A stretch of DNA of 64,000 nucleotides from Pocillopora damicornis (taxonomy: Eukaryota). The translations under genes and the position numbers were made by a program. Below are positions 36,647-49,481 of the stretch, in pieces. The stretch covers positions 1 to 64,000 of the forward strand of contig NW_020843823.1 of NCBI RefSeq assembly GCF_003704095.1. The letters are read 5' to 3'. How positions within the stretch are numbered: position 1 is the first letter of the stretch; each line of letters opens with the position of its first letter. The notes beneath the pieces are model-generated. The model was given only the letters and a program-made list of their open reading frames with translations, made no database searches and had not been told where the DNA came from.

Positions 36647-39309
36647 GGCCATACTTTCAGCTAAGTATACCTTATACTAATGGTCTTGAGTGCTCACAAG
36701 TCCCCTTGGTTTTTAAAATCAGGCACTACTATTTGCTCTCTAAGTAAGAGAGTTGTATTTTATAATCAGCCAAGTCTTAGTGCATATCATAGACATCAGC
36801 CACGTTATCACGGTATTAGTCAAGTTTTTTGTCTTACAAAGGACATAACATTTTTATGCGTTGTGAATGAGTTGCCAGTAATGAGTGAAGGCGAGAACGA
36901 GGTGTGTGCGAGGTAGGCGTGAGGGGCCTCACGCGTGAGGGCCTTACGCGCAAGGGGAATAGTTCTTTCCCTCGCGCATGCTTCTTTCCTCGCACTCTCC
37001 TCGATTTTTCCTTTAATTTCCGGAAAAAGGCAAAACAAACCTTGTGCTAGTTCTACTACCAAAAAAGTTGGTCACATAACGCGCATTTAAATTTCCTGGC
37101 AATTATTGCGTGATATTCTTAAATAAGATTGGAAACAATAATACAACCACACCATCGGCCGTTTTCTTCAGAGTAAGGGATTATAACTTGATCACCAAAT
37201 AAATTTGAGAAATTCACAGCTAAGGCAAGGGCTACAGTTACACTTGTGTTACCCTTGCTTATGTGGTTGTACAAGATCATGTAGGAAGATTGCTTTAGTT
37301 AATTTCTCTGATTGAGCCAAACTTTTTGGATTCATAAGGTTAAAGCTGTAACGGAGGTTTGGATATCTGTGTTATTTAACAAATAAGACAACAAGCTGTC
37401 CTGTAACTCCAAACTTAGAAGGGCCTTTTAATGTCTTACAGAAGGAAAGTGTCATATAATACAGGAAAGTGCAATTTTTGTAAAAAATATATATATCTAT
37501 GTAAGATAAATATGTTCTGTCTGATGCATAACAATGATGCAATAAATGTAATGTATGAGTACTGCAAGAAGCGTATGTTTTTTTGTTACATCTATCCGAG
37601 TATATTCCCTAAAAATGAATTAATATGGCACGACGAAGACCATCAGTGCGGGCACGAATTAGCTGGTTGAGCTGAGAGAGAATATAAACGTTTTACACTC
37701 TCTTGGTGCCCGTTGACAACCCGGCTCCGATCGTGTTGATCTGTTGAAACAGCAAAAAGTACTTTTCCTGCGTAATACGGAGGCTCTTCAAAAAGAATTG
37801 GGTGATGAAAATTTTTTCCAGTCAGTGTTAACTCAAGGCTTTACAATTGACTCATCCAAACTCCTTTCCCTATTTGGAGACTCGTTCCCATTACCCTTCT
37901 CCTCCACTTAATGTACTCGATCCAGTTTTCCTGGTTCGAGTCTAAAATTTTTCCCTTGTCAAGACCTTATCAGATTAAGACAGAATTAATTCTCAGGAAA
38001 TAAATTATCAAATAAATATTCAGGACTAAAAAAATCTCAGAGTAGACAGCATATTTAACGACCAGTTAAAAAAGCCCGATGATTCAAGGTTTACATCGTA
38101 AATCACGGATTCACTGAGTTATGGGGTTTTTTTATAACTCTTGAAATTTCCTGACTCGGATTGTGGCGTCTTTGGTACCAGTCATTTTCAGTACACTTAA
38201 TTCGAGCCGTCGCGGCTAATTGACATCACAGACACTCGAAATCCTTGAAAAGTTTGATGAATTATGTTTATGGAAATTACTTGAAATGTTCATATAGGCA
38301 CGGATATGAATAATTTTCGTCAAAAATAATTCCTCGAGCAACGTTTCACGATCTGTAAAGAAACAAAAAAGTGAATGAAGTCCTTTGTCTACAACATGTT
38401 CACCTTAGGTAATCTGTGAATAGCCAAGATGAGGCTAATCGTAGACGGAAGAGAGGCAGCTGTAAATGAGCTCACTTCGGCCGTGAAATATGATTTAATC
38501 CTGTGACAGTATTCGAAATAAATACCCATCTTTATGGAAAACTCTCGCTGTCTTTGCCAAGGTAGCACTTGACTGTACATTACCAGATGTCTCTTTACAT
38601 ACGGCGAAAGATGCGCCATAAAAATAAAATCAAAGATACAATGTCATAACTGGGTTAGCATATTTCCTAGGTCCATCTGTATGCAAACTGAATCAACAAA
38701 AGCCGCTGAAAACGCTTCATCCAGCTTCCCATTAGAAGTTTAAAACAATTCTGAATGAAAACAATATATATTTTATTTTCCCTAAATTCGAACAATGTAA
38801 TTTTACTAGAGTAAAGCAAAACATTTCCTCAAAGGCCACAGGGCTTGAGATACAATGTAATTTGTAAAATCGAAAACAATGTTTTTCTGACTGAATGCGA
38901 TTCAATATTGGCGGAAATGAACTGTGATGGCAGCTTTGTTATGATAATATTTCAGTAATCTCCTACAGAGAAATTCTTACCCAAAAAGATCTAAACAGTA
39001 TTTTTTAAATAGAAAATCTTATCCCTAATTTGAAAAATTCGTAATGCCTACAATCTTACTCAACAGATACATCGCTGTATATTGATTCCTCGCGTAAATC
39101 GTTGTCTCCTTTGTTGTGAAAACAATTATAGAAAAGAAACAACGCTGAAAATAAACTAGTACAATGAAACAAAAAATTCATTTCGTATCCTGCTCTATCT
39201 TAAATCCACACGTTAACAGAATTTTAATTAATGTAGGTAACTCGTTCAGAATCCTTTTAGTTTCAATCTGTTCGAGGGCGTCAATTGGTTGCAGCCTTCG
39301 AAAATATTT

Positions 39310-40365
39310 TTATGGTAAATCCACCAAGATCTCGACATGTTTAACAGGGACACGACCGAGCTTTCCATCCAAAATTCCTTCATACCAATTTTCGTTGAGT
39401 TTTTCGGACAGCATGATGATTTGGCCATCTGAAAACGACAGTTCGCCATCTTTTTCAGCCTTGTAATCGCATTTTGCCCGACAGCTTGGCTTGTTACTCG
39501 CTGTTTGCTCCTCCTTCGGCTTCTCGGCGGAATCCGATTCTCCGGCCAAAGGATTCGTGCCTTTGGCGGAAGCTTCCGACTTTCCCTGGTCCGCTAAGAC
39601 TTCTGCGGGATTGGGCTTCACGGCGGCGTTACCGTTTCGACTTGAAGCTTGCACTCTTTTATTCAGTAAGAGTAACAATCGCTCGAGGGTGTCGGCTGAT
39701 TTCTTGTGGTGCTCCAGCATGGCACAGATAAGTTGGCTGAGTTGATGTATTCGTTCCACTTCGTTCCCCATAAGTACCGTCATCTGCTCTTGGCAAATCG
39801 TCTTAGATTCTTCAAATTTGTATTGTGCCATTTTCACTTCCTCCACAGAGATCTTATTCCCCTTTCGTTTCTTGCAGTCAAAATCGAGCCTGCGTCCTTG
39901 AAGCTTCTTTCGATGCTGTGCGATTTCTTTCAGCTGTTTTTCGTCTAACTCATGCAGCGGCATGAGGAAATTCTCATGCACTTGTGCATCCATGACATCT
40001 CGGGCGTCGGCGACTTCGATCAGAGCGCTGCCGACGTCGAGTAGAGCAGAAGCGTAATCAGAGACTTGAGGATCTAAGTCATGGCCGCTTTTCAGCATGA
40101 TGTCACCAAGAGCTCCTTCGGGTTGAGGATACTTGGCTCCTTGTGCAGCCATGTGCATGTAGATCTTGGCGCGTACAGCAGGATTAGGTTGAAGATACTC
40201 TTTGGTTTTGCCGAGTAACTGCGTCACTAAATTTGTCATTACGTCTGTTTTTCGCTCTAGTTCGACGAATTCATCCTCCATCTTGGTTCCTTCGGCCGAA
40301 CCCATCTTCTCGCTCACAAACTGGTTCGCCTTGTTAATTTGTTTCTTGAAGCCCGCGAACGACAT
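39310..40365 (-). CDS. Endophilin-A (N-BAR + SH3), intronless, 351 aa
   Basis: MSFAGFKKQINKANQFVSEKMGSAEGTK H0 helix, EYLQPNPAVRAK, HRKKLQGRRLDFDCKK and a C-terminal SH3 with ENWYEG. Single uninterrupted ORF; ATG in accATG context at 40365. Confidence 0.93.
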   Translation of the reverse strand: MSFAGFKKQINKANQFVSEKMGSAEGTKMEDEFVELERKTDVMTNLVTQLLGKTKEYLQPNPAVRAKIYMHMAAQGAKYPQPEGALGDIMLKSGHDLDPQVSDYASALLDVGSALIEVADARDVMDAQVHENFLMPLHELDEKQLKEIAQHRKKLQGRRLDFDCKKRKGNKISVEEVKMAQYKFEESKTICQEQMTVLMGNEVERIHQLSQLICAMLEHHKKSADTLERLLLLLNKRVQASSRNGNAAVKPNPAEVLADQGKSEASAKGTNPLAGESDSAEKPKEEQTASNKPSCRAKCDYKAEKDGELSFSDGQIIMLSEKLNENWYEGILDGKLGRVPVKHVEILVDLP

Positions 40366-42457
40366 GGTGAATTCTTCTTTGCGAGACACAACAAGGGCGC
40401 TTCGAAACGTCGAGTTTAATTTGTATTGGGTTGAAACCAAAAGAGCGGGTGAACTTTGATCTGAAACCGGCAAAACAGCTCCCTCGCCTGAAACACAAAC
40501 CTCGGCACCAAGGCAGATGATTGCAAATCACTCTACTGCAGTCCTGTGAACGAATTCATTATTTATCTCCGCAGATTCAATCGATAACTATGGTCAATTT
40601 TATTTTAGCGACTAATAATTTAGTTTATTGCAAACCAATGAAAAGATTCCTCGGCGGCGTTAAAACCAGGTGCATTTTCTCTTTCCTCGGCAGGTGTCCA
40701 TTATAAATTACGGCATAATAAAATCGCTTCTATTCGGCCTTTCTATTGTACAATAGGGGAAAATCTTTGCAAATAAACTCGGTGTTTGTTTCCACATCCT
40801 ATAAAAAAAATCAAATCAGCGAACAACACGTTGAAAATTAACTCGCTTATAAACTTCGCCAATAAACTGTCATTTGCAACTCGCAATTTTCCCTCGCCTA
40901 ATTTCAAGGTTTAAGTTTCCCATTGTACACACTTCATTAGAATTTTTAGTGGCTTCCCGAAAAGGGCGAAATGGACAAATACATCAACTCATCACTCACT
41001 CAATGTCAACTATTACTACTCGAAAATGTAAATAGGATAATTGTATTTTACTTTGAAAATAAGGACAAATTTGTATCTAAAAGCGAAACTGTAACGACCT
41101 GAGGTCATGGCGGATCAGACGATAGCAAAGAAGATTCGGCGCCCAATAAGGGAATGAAAACTATAAGATTAATGAAAATTTGCAAGACAACATGACAATG
41201 CAATCTTCGAAGTAGACTTCAATATGATTATTTTGATTTTTATCATTTCCGACGCTTTCAATCAGTTTTTTTTATTGCTTTTATTCTTCTTTATTTCGCC
41301 ACAACACAATCGCCACCATTCCCAAGTGGAGAATTTTAAAATGCTTTGTATTTCATTTATATTTTTTAGAATATATAATAACGGGAACCATTGTCAGGAA
41401 TGGCTGTTGACTAGAGTAAATGCACTCAAGCTTCCTCGTCGTATTAAAGGCCAATGATTTTCAAAAGAATGACACCCACGTTTACCAACGCGAAAGATTG
41501 AATGAAATAACGTACACGTATGGATCAGATATGCTTCACAAGGTTAATCTTTATACCGGCTGATATGAAAAGTTGATCACGTGGTCGTAGGGCTTGATAG
41601 AAAATTCCACTCTCCAGGTGTGTCTCTTGTGAGTTCTGTACTGGTATATTATTTCAAGGAAACAGCAAATTACAGGGAATGGCTCCCTGATAGTAGATAA
41701 ACTCAAGTTTCCTCGCCGTATTATGCTCTTTCCAAAGACCTTTCATTTTTTGTTTCAAAAGTTTAACACTCAAATCAAACCTTTGTGTGTCATCTGTACT
41801 TATTTTTTTTTTTTGCGACATTCAGCACACAAACCGCAAAGTTATGCTGGCCAGTCACTTCTTCTTTGACTCATTTGAAATACTATACGGTGTTCATTTT
41901 ACTTTTTCAGGTACAATTTTCCAAAGAGCAAGACTCTTTTCAATCTCAGCTCCAAAATCAGACGTTATCGTGCAAGAGCAGTGTTTCACACCTCGTATCA
42001 GTTATCAACAAAGACGTCAATCTTTACCGCGCCAGGGATTTTTTGGCTCTAATTTGGCCTGGCTGGAGTTTGGCTCAAGTGATACGGCGGGCTCAAGTAA
42101 TGCGTCAGCGGCTGACTTCAACCAGGCTTCTCTCTGAAGAAACATGGCGGACGTTAGTGGAGTGTTTCTGAATACTGTTCGTGGTGCGCTTGTAGTCGCA
42201 GAAGCTGAACTTTCGGNNNNNNNNNNNNNNNNNNNNNNNNNNNNNNNNNNNNNNNNNNNNNNNNNNNNNNNNNNNNNNNNNNNNNNNNNNNNNNNNNNNN
42301 NNNNNNNNNNNNNNNNTGATAGTAACCGCAGGCCCCAAAAACCAGCGGTGTGTTGAAGGAACTTAATATGGCGGACGGAGCCAGGTAACACATGTGGCTA
42401 GCTTCCAAATCTGATTTCTCAAAAAAAAACGCAGTTGATTTGAAGGAATCTTTTTAA

Positions 42458-45400
42458 ATGGAGGCAGTAAGCAAGAAAAAGGGTAAGGATGAATATCCAG
42501 TGGACAAAAAGAAACTACAGAAATACCACCGAGGAAAGCAAAATCGTTTCAAGGTAAGCGAAACGAACGAAGCTTTAGTTTATGTTGTGGTTTAACTTTT
42601 GTTGAATCGAGATATTGTCTAGATCTTGTGCTGAAGCGCCATCTTCTTAATGTGAAACTAACCTGAAAGTTCTCGCCCATCAGCATGTAAAAGACAAGAA
42701 GCTGCGTGGGAAACTTAAGTCATATGAATCACAGCATCAACAAGCAGCGATACAGGCGGCTAGATCAGAAATTCTTCTAACAGAGCAACCTGGGTATGAA
42801 AGAACTCTTGCTGTTACTTTAATGCATCACTACGTCATCAAACAGAATTATTATGGTAGAAAGAGAGGCCTCATTGTTCAGTTTCATGTTTTAATTAGAA
42901 TTCTCAAGCAGTTTGTCTTTGGGCAGGTTGTATTTTCGAGCAAGATCTACAAACACGATATTTGTATGGTTAGGATCTTGAACACTAGATGGAGGCATTC
43001 AAGCGCAGGCTGTTTAATTGTGATGTTATTTATTATGTTTGTTTAATTTTCTGTGTGTGTCTTTGCTTGGCAGGTTTTTGGAGGCAGAGGGTTTGGAGAG
43101 AACATTTAAATTCAAACAAAGGGATATTGTAAATGCTGTTGATGTTGCAAGTGCCCAGAAGTCTTTTGAGCTTAAGCTGGATACATTTGGACCTTACAGA
43201 ATAAATTACACTCGTAATGGAAGGTGGACAAAACTTTCTTTTAAGGCATTATTGGCTACATATAAATGCTTAGTTTACTTCCTCTTTTTAGTTGAATTTA
43301 TCAAATATCAAAGGCCTCTATCACTGATCTCTTTGTAAACACCACCTGGGTAGCTGAGTTAGAAGATAGAAAGCATATTGAACAAAATTTTGAGGGTTTT
43401 AGACCCAGAAGAGCTTTGTAAAACACTATTAGTTTTTAGGCTATGATTTGATAAGTACTGAGTACTCTTGCCATCTAGAAATTAACTGCCTGAAGTGGAT
43501 GTTTTTTCCTGGAATTTTAGATTTCTTCTTATTGGTGGGAAGAAAGGTCATCTGGCCACAATGGACTGGGAGAACAAGAGACTTGGTTGTGAATTTCATG
43601 TACAAGAGACTGTGCGAGATGTCAGGTAAAGTTTAGTCTGCAGCACTGAAAATGTTTGATTTACACTCATGGCTGTTGGTGAAAATGTCTTCCACCTCAT
43701 TATTTTATTTTGCCTTTTTGTATTTTTCAGATGGTTGCATATTGAAACTATGTTTGCAGTTGCCCAAAAGAAAAATGTCTTTATTTATGACAATAATGGA
43801 ATTGAACTTCATTGCCTTAAGAATCACAACCAAGTCAATAGATTAGAATTTTTACCTTATCATTTTCTTCTGGCTTCAGTGGTAAGTCATTTGCTATTAA
43901 TGAAATTGTCTGTTGTCAAGAGAAAGTGGGAAACTGTTACTGGCATGAACTCAGACATTTAATTTAGCTTCCCTTTGTTTTAATCCTTAAAATCACAGAA
44001 GTGATTAATATGTAACTTCTCCCTATAATTAACCATACATTTACCAGTTAATAAGTAATGAGAATACCCAGAGTTATCAGGTAGAAGAAAGTTATTATCT
44101 TGATCAAACACTTAATTCCTGTAACTTGTTTTCAAGGAAAAGTATAACAATAAGAGAGGAGAATTAAACAATCAGATTTTGGGAGTTTAAGAGTTAAACA
44201 ATGTTCATCATCAGCAGCTAATATTACAAGCTTTTAAATATTCTGAGCTAAACCCTTTTTTAATTGCTCTTTATGATATTCTTTCATACCTTTACATTTC
44301 TTCTTAGGGTGACCATGGAATTCTCAAATATCAAGATGTATCAACAGGCAAACCAGTTGTTCAATTGTTTTCTAAACTAGGGAAGTGTGATTGTATGACA
44401 CAAAATCCTTCCAATGCAGTCATTCATTTGGGACACTTCAATGGTAAATATACTGTTACAAACAAATATAATAAAATGGAGGAGAACACTTCTAAATACT
44501 CATGTAACAGAAGTGAGCCCAAATGGGATAAGGACTGAAACTACTTCAATCCCTAAGAGTGATTAGCATCTCATTTCTCCAAACAGAATTATCCCTGGAT
44601 CAAGCATTACAAACATGAGAATTATGTAAACAATCAACAACTACAGAAGCTCTTGATTGTTAAACAAATTCTCCTTGTCAGCACCTTCAGAAATTTATAG
44701 AGAACAGTATGGAGAGTACACATACTGATGTTAAGGTGTAAACGGTTATTGGTTATTTGAATAAATTGTGCACTGCCAACCTGCTCTGTGACCTTGACAT
44801 TCTAGGACAGAAACAGACAGCCAAAGGAAAAAAAGGAGACCATTTGGTCATATTTGATGTGATGCACAGCATGACACTTGATTTGTTTGCCTAGAATGGA
44901 CTCGTAATTACTTTGTAATCAGCCATTCTATGCAAATTATGTCTGTCTGCAAGCTGTGGTTATAAACTAAGGTATGTTGTTGTTTTTAGGCACAGTAACA
45001 ATGTGGGCCCCAAACACAAAAGATCCTCTTGTTAAGATGTTATGCCACAGAGGACCTGTACAATCAATTGCTATTGATACTAAAGGAAAGTAAGTAAAAT
45101 TTATCTTGGAAAAAATATATATCCAACTTATCCCCCTGGGATTATATTCTGATACCTGGCTTGGCTGAGGTTTTTTTTGAATGGGAAAGTGAGAGAGGGA
45201 GGTTCTTTACCTAGCAGATAATCATTTGTTCTTCTCATGATTGTTCCAGTCTGTGGTACATACATCTTTTTCAACCAGAGATTTCTAGATAGAAGTCAAG
45301 CACTCGTTTAAAAAAAAGTATTATACTTCACTCAGTTACCCTTAGTTATCCTTGCTATGGGTAAAATTATCTTTCTTTCACAGTGGGAATCTTACATTAC

Positions 45401-48400
45401 CATACAGACAAACTATGTGAAATTAGGAAAAGAATTTTCAATCAAGGACAAATCAAATGTGGACAAATTATCATATTTGATTTATTAATTATTCATTTTT
45501 CTACATACCGTATTTACCCGCATATAGGCCACACTTTTTTGATGAAAAACCACCTTGAAAGTTTGCAGTGTGGCCTATATGTGGGTACAAGAGTTCATGT
45601 AGCCTTTGCACAGAACAGAACAAACTCTTCTTAATATGAAGAGGAGAACTTATTGTCTGAATCACTGCATATGGTCTTAATCATCAACAAGTTCTCTGTT
45701 TCACAGTCAGTATCCAAGCAGCAACTATTTGGTGGCCATTGTAACTAAACTTGGGGGATAGTTACCAATATGGTGACCTGTGTTTAGCAGTTACATAGCA
45801 TGCTGTCAGCAAAGTTTTTATAACCTTATTTTGATAACCTTTTTCCTGCTTTTCCAGATATATGTTATTATAATTTGTAAACAAAGAAAAATATTAGTAA
45901 ACATGCCAGTAGTTTGAAAGCATGTTACTTGAATTTTATTTTAACACTGTCTTACCACATGAATCTTTTTAAAACTCAGTTACATGGCAACATCTGGTCT
46001 AGATGGAAAAATGAGGATCTGGGATGTAAGAACATATAAGGAACTTCACACATATTATACTCCTACCCCAGCAAGTTGTCTTGCTATCAGTCAACGAGGA
46101 TTGCTTGCTGTGGGTCATGGACCACATATTCAGGTCTGCTGGGAGTTAAGAAATTAAGTAAAGTCAAGAGGTGTTGGAGTCTATGTAGTGGTTTTTGATA
46201 GTTTTTTATTTATTTTTGGTTCTTTTATTTTTTATCTGCCACAAAGTGTATTTTCATTGTCTAAAAATCATGATGGTTGATTTTTCATGTTATCAAACAT
46301 GTTGCTGCTGCGTGGTTAATACACACCTGGACTAATGTTGATGTTGATTCTAGCTATGGTTACCTTAACTAGATTCCACATCAACATTAGTCCAGGCTTT
46401 TACTTTCAAGCCAAGGTTATTGGAGTAAACACTTAAACAGACCTACAGTTTCTTTCTTTACTTTGAAGTTTAAGAAGATACTAAATAAAAAAAAGCTGTC
46501 TGAGAAACCTGATGAAGTATGCTCAAGGATAGGAGTTAAATACATTTCATTCTAATTCCTCAATGTAGTTATAACTCTTTAAAACCAGTATGAGTGACCA
46601 GGATTTAATATTTCCTTACAATAATACTGCAAATCTTTTATGAAGCATATAAAAACATATGAAATGATCACCAACCTAGGAAGCTTTGATTTTAAACAAA
46701 TTCTTCTTGTCAGTACCAAAGGAAATGTATGAAGAAGACTGTGGAGAATGTGGATACTGATGTTATGGTTAAAGGTAGACTTAATTTTAATTTTGAGCTC
46801 ACTCTTAGCTTCCTTTTCATTGTTGTTGCAAACAGATATGGCGGGATGCTTTCACTCAAAAACAGAAGTCTCCCTACATGTCTCATTTGTTTCCCTCCTG
46901 TACTGTTCATGGCATGCAGTTCTGTCCATTTGAAGATGTTTTAGGTGTTGGACACTCAAAAGGATTTGGCAGCTTACTTATACCAGGTGAGACTGTTGTT
47001 CCTTCAACTCTTATGAGGGACCAAGACAGAATTTCTCCTCACAATGTCATTGAAATATCAAGCAGACTTTTGATGAGAATTAAGGAAAATGTCAGGTAGG
47101 GGATTATTAGTTGATCCAATACCAAATTCTCCAAACTAACATCGTACAATTCATAGCGGAGCTCGCAAAGCATAGCCCCATAATTATACAAAATAGTAGT
47201 ATCCCATCAAGCCAAAAAAATTTGGATGTACGACCGTACGGCCGTATGACCAACCGTACAAGGTGCTACTTTTAGTATGCATGGCCAACTGTACCAAGGG
47301 CACTATCTTATAATCAGTCCTCTACACGGACATGGAGAAGTTGTGAATGAAAATGCATTAATACTACAACACACTTTATCCATAATAGGGGCTTAAGTTT
47401 TTTTGAAGAGATGTGTGGGAAAAAAAAATGCAAGCTTTACTTTTTAGGCTTCCCTAAATCTATATATTATGGCTGATGAAAGAAGAATTACTAATGAGAT
47501 CTGGAGTGAAAGGGTTAAATGTACAATGGACAGAATTATTATATGAACCAAGGATGGGCAAATTACTATTTTCAATACTTATAACACAACACCTGTGTTA
47601 TGCTGCTTCTTTCTTCAATACCAACATCAATATCAATATTGTGATATCATTCAGTAAACAAGTAAATAATTAATCTGTATGATTAACAAAATGGGAGGTA
47701 GATGTGTTTTATTCAATTTATTCAAACTAGTCACAGATTTAAATTTATCAACAAGTCAGAACATTTTCTTGCTTGATAAAATAGTGGAGAAAACACAATA
47801 TTTCAAACATGTTTTTTGTTTTTTTTTTGCCTTTGGTGATAACCAGAAGGACACAGGCTTAACAGGAGCCTTTTCTCAATGTCATGGATTTTCATCTTTT
47901 ATGGAAAGTTCATTTGAAATCCACTGTAATACCAATCTATAATGTTCTTGTATCACATTATTGTTTTTTTTTCTCTTCAGGTGCTGGTGAACCTAACTTT
48001 GATGCATTGGAGGCCAATCCTTACCAAACCAAAAAGCAAAGACAGGAGTTTGAAGTCAAGGCTTTGTTAGAAAAGGTGAAAAATGGAAACAAGCTTACTA
48101 ATCAAATAGTATCTTGTCCATGGTAAACACACCAGGAATTATGATTTCAAGTAATATCCCCTCTTTTATCTTGTATTATTTTGTTTCACTTGTAATTCAC
48201 TGTTTGTACCTTGTTTTAATTTGCAGATTCAGCCAGAATTAATAACGTTAAACCCAATGGATATCTTGCGTGTTAGTTATCCGAAAAAAGGTTCAAATAC
48301 AAATGACCATGATAATGATGATGAGGAGGTAGGTACAGAAGATGCAAATAGAAGATACTACTTGAAGGTGCAACTCTAAGGCACAAGTGATGCAGATGAA

Positions 48401-49198
48401 ATTCTTACATATGTTCATATTGGTTAAAAATTTACATTTCAACCAACAACCTATCTGCAATGAGTAGTTATTCAAATGTACTGTATCTACCTTTTCTTTG
48501 TTACCTAGCAATCAGATGAGAAATTTGAACCAAGGCATAAAATGAAAGGTCGTAGCTCTTCAAGAAAGCATCATCTAAGGAAGAAGGGTCATGAAGAACA
48601 AGAGAAGAAGGTAAATGGCCCATTGTCAGAAAACTTGCATCTGTTCAGTATCACATCAAGATTGCAGTAGAGTCTATTAATTTTACTTCATGAAGTTCTC
48701 ATAGGTCGAACTACCACTGAAATCTCCACACAGATTCATTTCTCCTCCTTGGGTTCATTCTGTTAAATTGACATGCCTTTCAATTGACTGCATATCAGAT
48801 CTACTCTCCAAGAACTGACACAGCCACTTATTCCACATGTCACATGCTAGTTTTTGGTTTTAAAAGGTAGTCACTTCTACCAAAATATTTTAAAAGTGGA
48901 ACTTTTTCTTAAGTGGAATCACTCTGAAAAGGGTTTGGGAAAGTTATGTAGAATTATTCCTGTGTGGGGAAAATACGATTAGGGGAATGTTACAACAAAT
49001 GATCAATTTTTTTTTTTTTTTTAATATTCTGGTTGTCATTACTCTGGTATAATTGCAGAGGTTTTTTTTTTCCAGGAAAAAGTCAGACAAGCAATGCAGA
49101 AGAAAAGAAAAGAAAGAAGAACAGAGAAAATTAGTGAAGAAAGATCTGTACAGTCATTGTCTGCATTAGATAGATTTCTGCACTCTAAAGCAAAGTAG
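42458..49198 (+). CDS. WDR46: WD-repeat protein 46 / UTP7 / BING4, 524 aa. Exons 42458-42553, 42684-42793, 43074-43223, 43521-43625, 43731-43881, 44308-44443, 44990-45089, 45980-46133, 46836-46986, 47981-48075, 48227-48328, 48509-48610, 49076-49198
   Basis: Motifs [49 protein letters not shown] and the BING4CT signature [36 protein letters not shown]. All phases close. Confidence 0.95.
43978..44196. mobile_element. TTAA-flanked MITE copy (related subfamily)
   Basis: ttaatcctt...ttgggagtttaagagttaa termini; internal gagaat motifs shared with the family. Confidence 0.6.
44541..44749. mobile_element. TTAA-type MITE copy
   Basis: ccctaagagtgattagcatct...gagaacagtatggagag...gatgttaaggtgtaaacggtta. 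Confidence 0.75.
46326..46396. repeat. Near-perfect 71-nt palindrome/hairpin in WDR46 intron 8
   Basis: CCTGGACTAATGTTGATGTTGATTCTAG versus CTAGATTCCACATCAACATTAGTCCAGG: 28-bp stem with 2 mismatches. Confidence 0.85.
46571..46785. mobile_element. TTAA-type MITE copy
   Basis: gagtgaccagg...aaatgatcaccaac...aaacaaattct...tggagaatgtggatactgatgtta. Confidence 0.7.
47001..47518. mobile_element. TTAA-type MITE interrupted by a ~320-bp unrelated insertion (~47149-47467)
   Basis: Family sequence stops at ...ccaaactaacatcgtacaat and resumes at tatggctgatgaaagaagaattactaatgagatctggagtgaaagggttaa. Confidence 0.6.
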
Positions 49199-49481
49199 TG
49201 TCAATCAGCAGAAATGACTTAATTAATAGAGCAGTTTGTTTTTGTAAAATAAATGGTTGAATCTTTGTCAATTTTAAGCCTAATAAAAGAAATCACCTGA
49301 TCATGTGTTAGATTTACCAGCAGTGTTCTGCAACTTTTAATTTCAAATTTGCCGACTAGTCCAACTACTGATGGAGTTTATTTTACTCTCACAGGTCAGT
49401 GTGGAAATATGCAAAATAAAAGAGACATGTGAAGTTGGTGATCTAAGTGTTCTTTATTACAATTAACAGAACATTGTACTT

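Noticed and set aside
40366-40473. 36-aa N-terminal extension of endophilin in the ORF track
   Set aside because: It begins at a TTG. The H0 helix normally starts at the N-terminus, and the ATG at 40365 has a good context.
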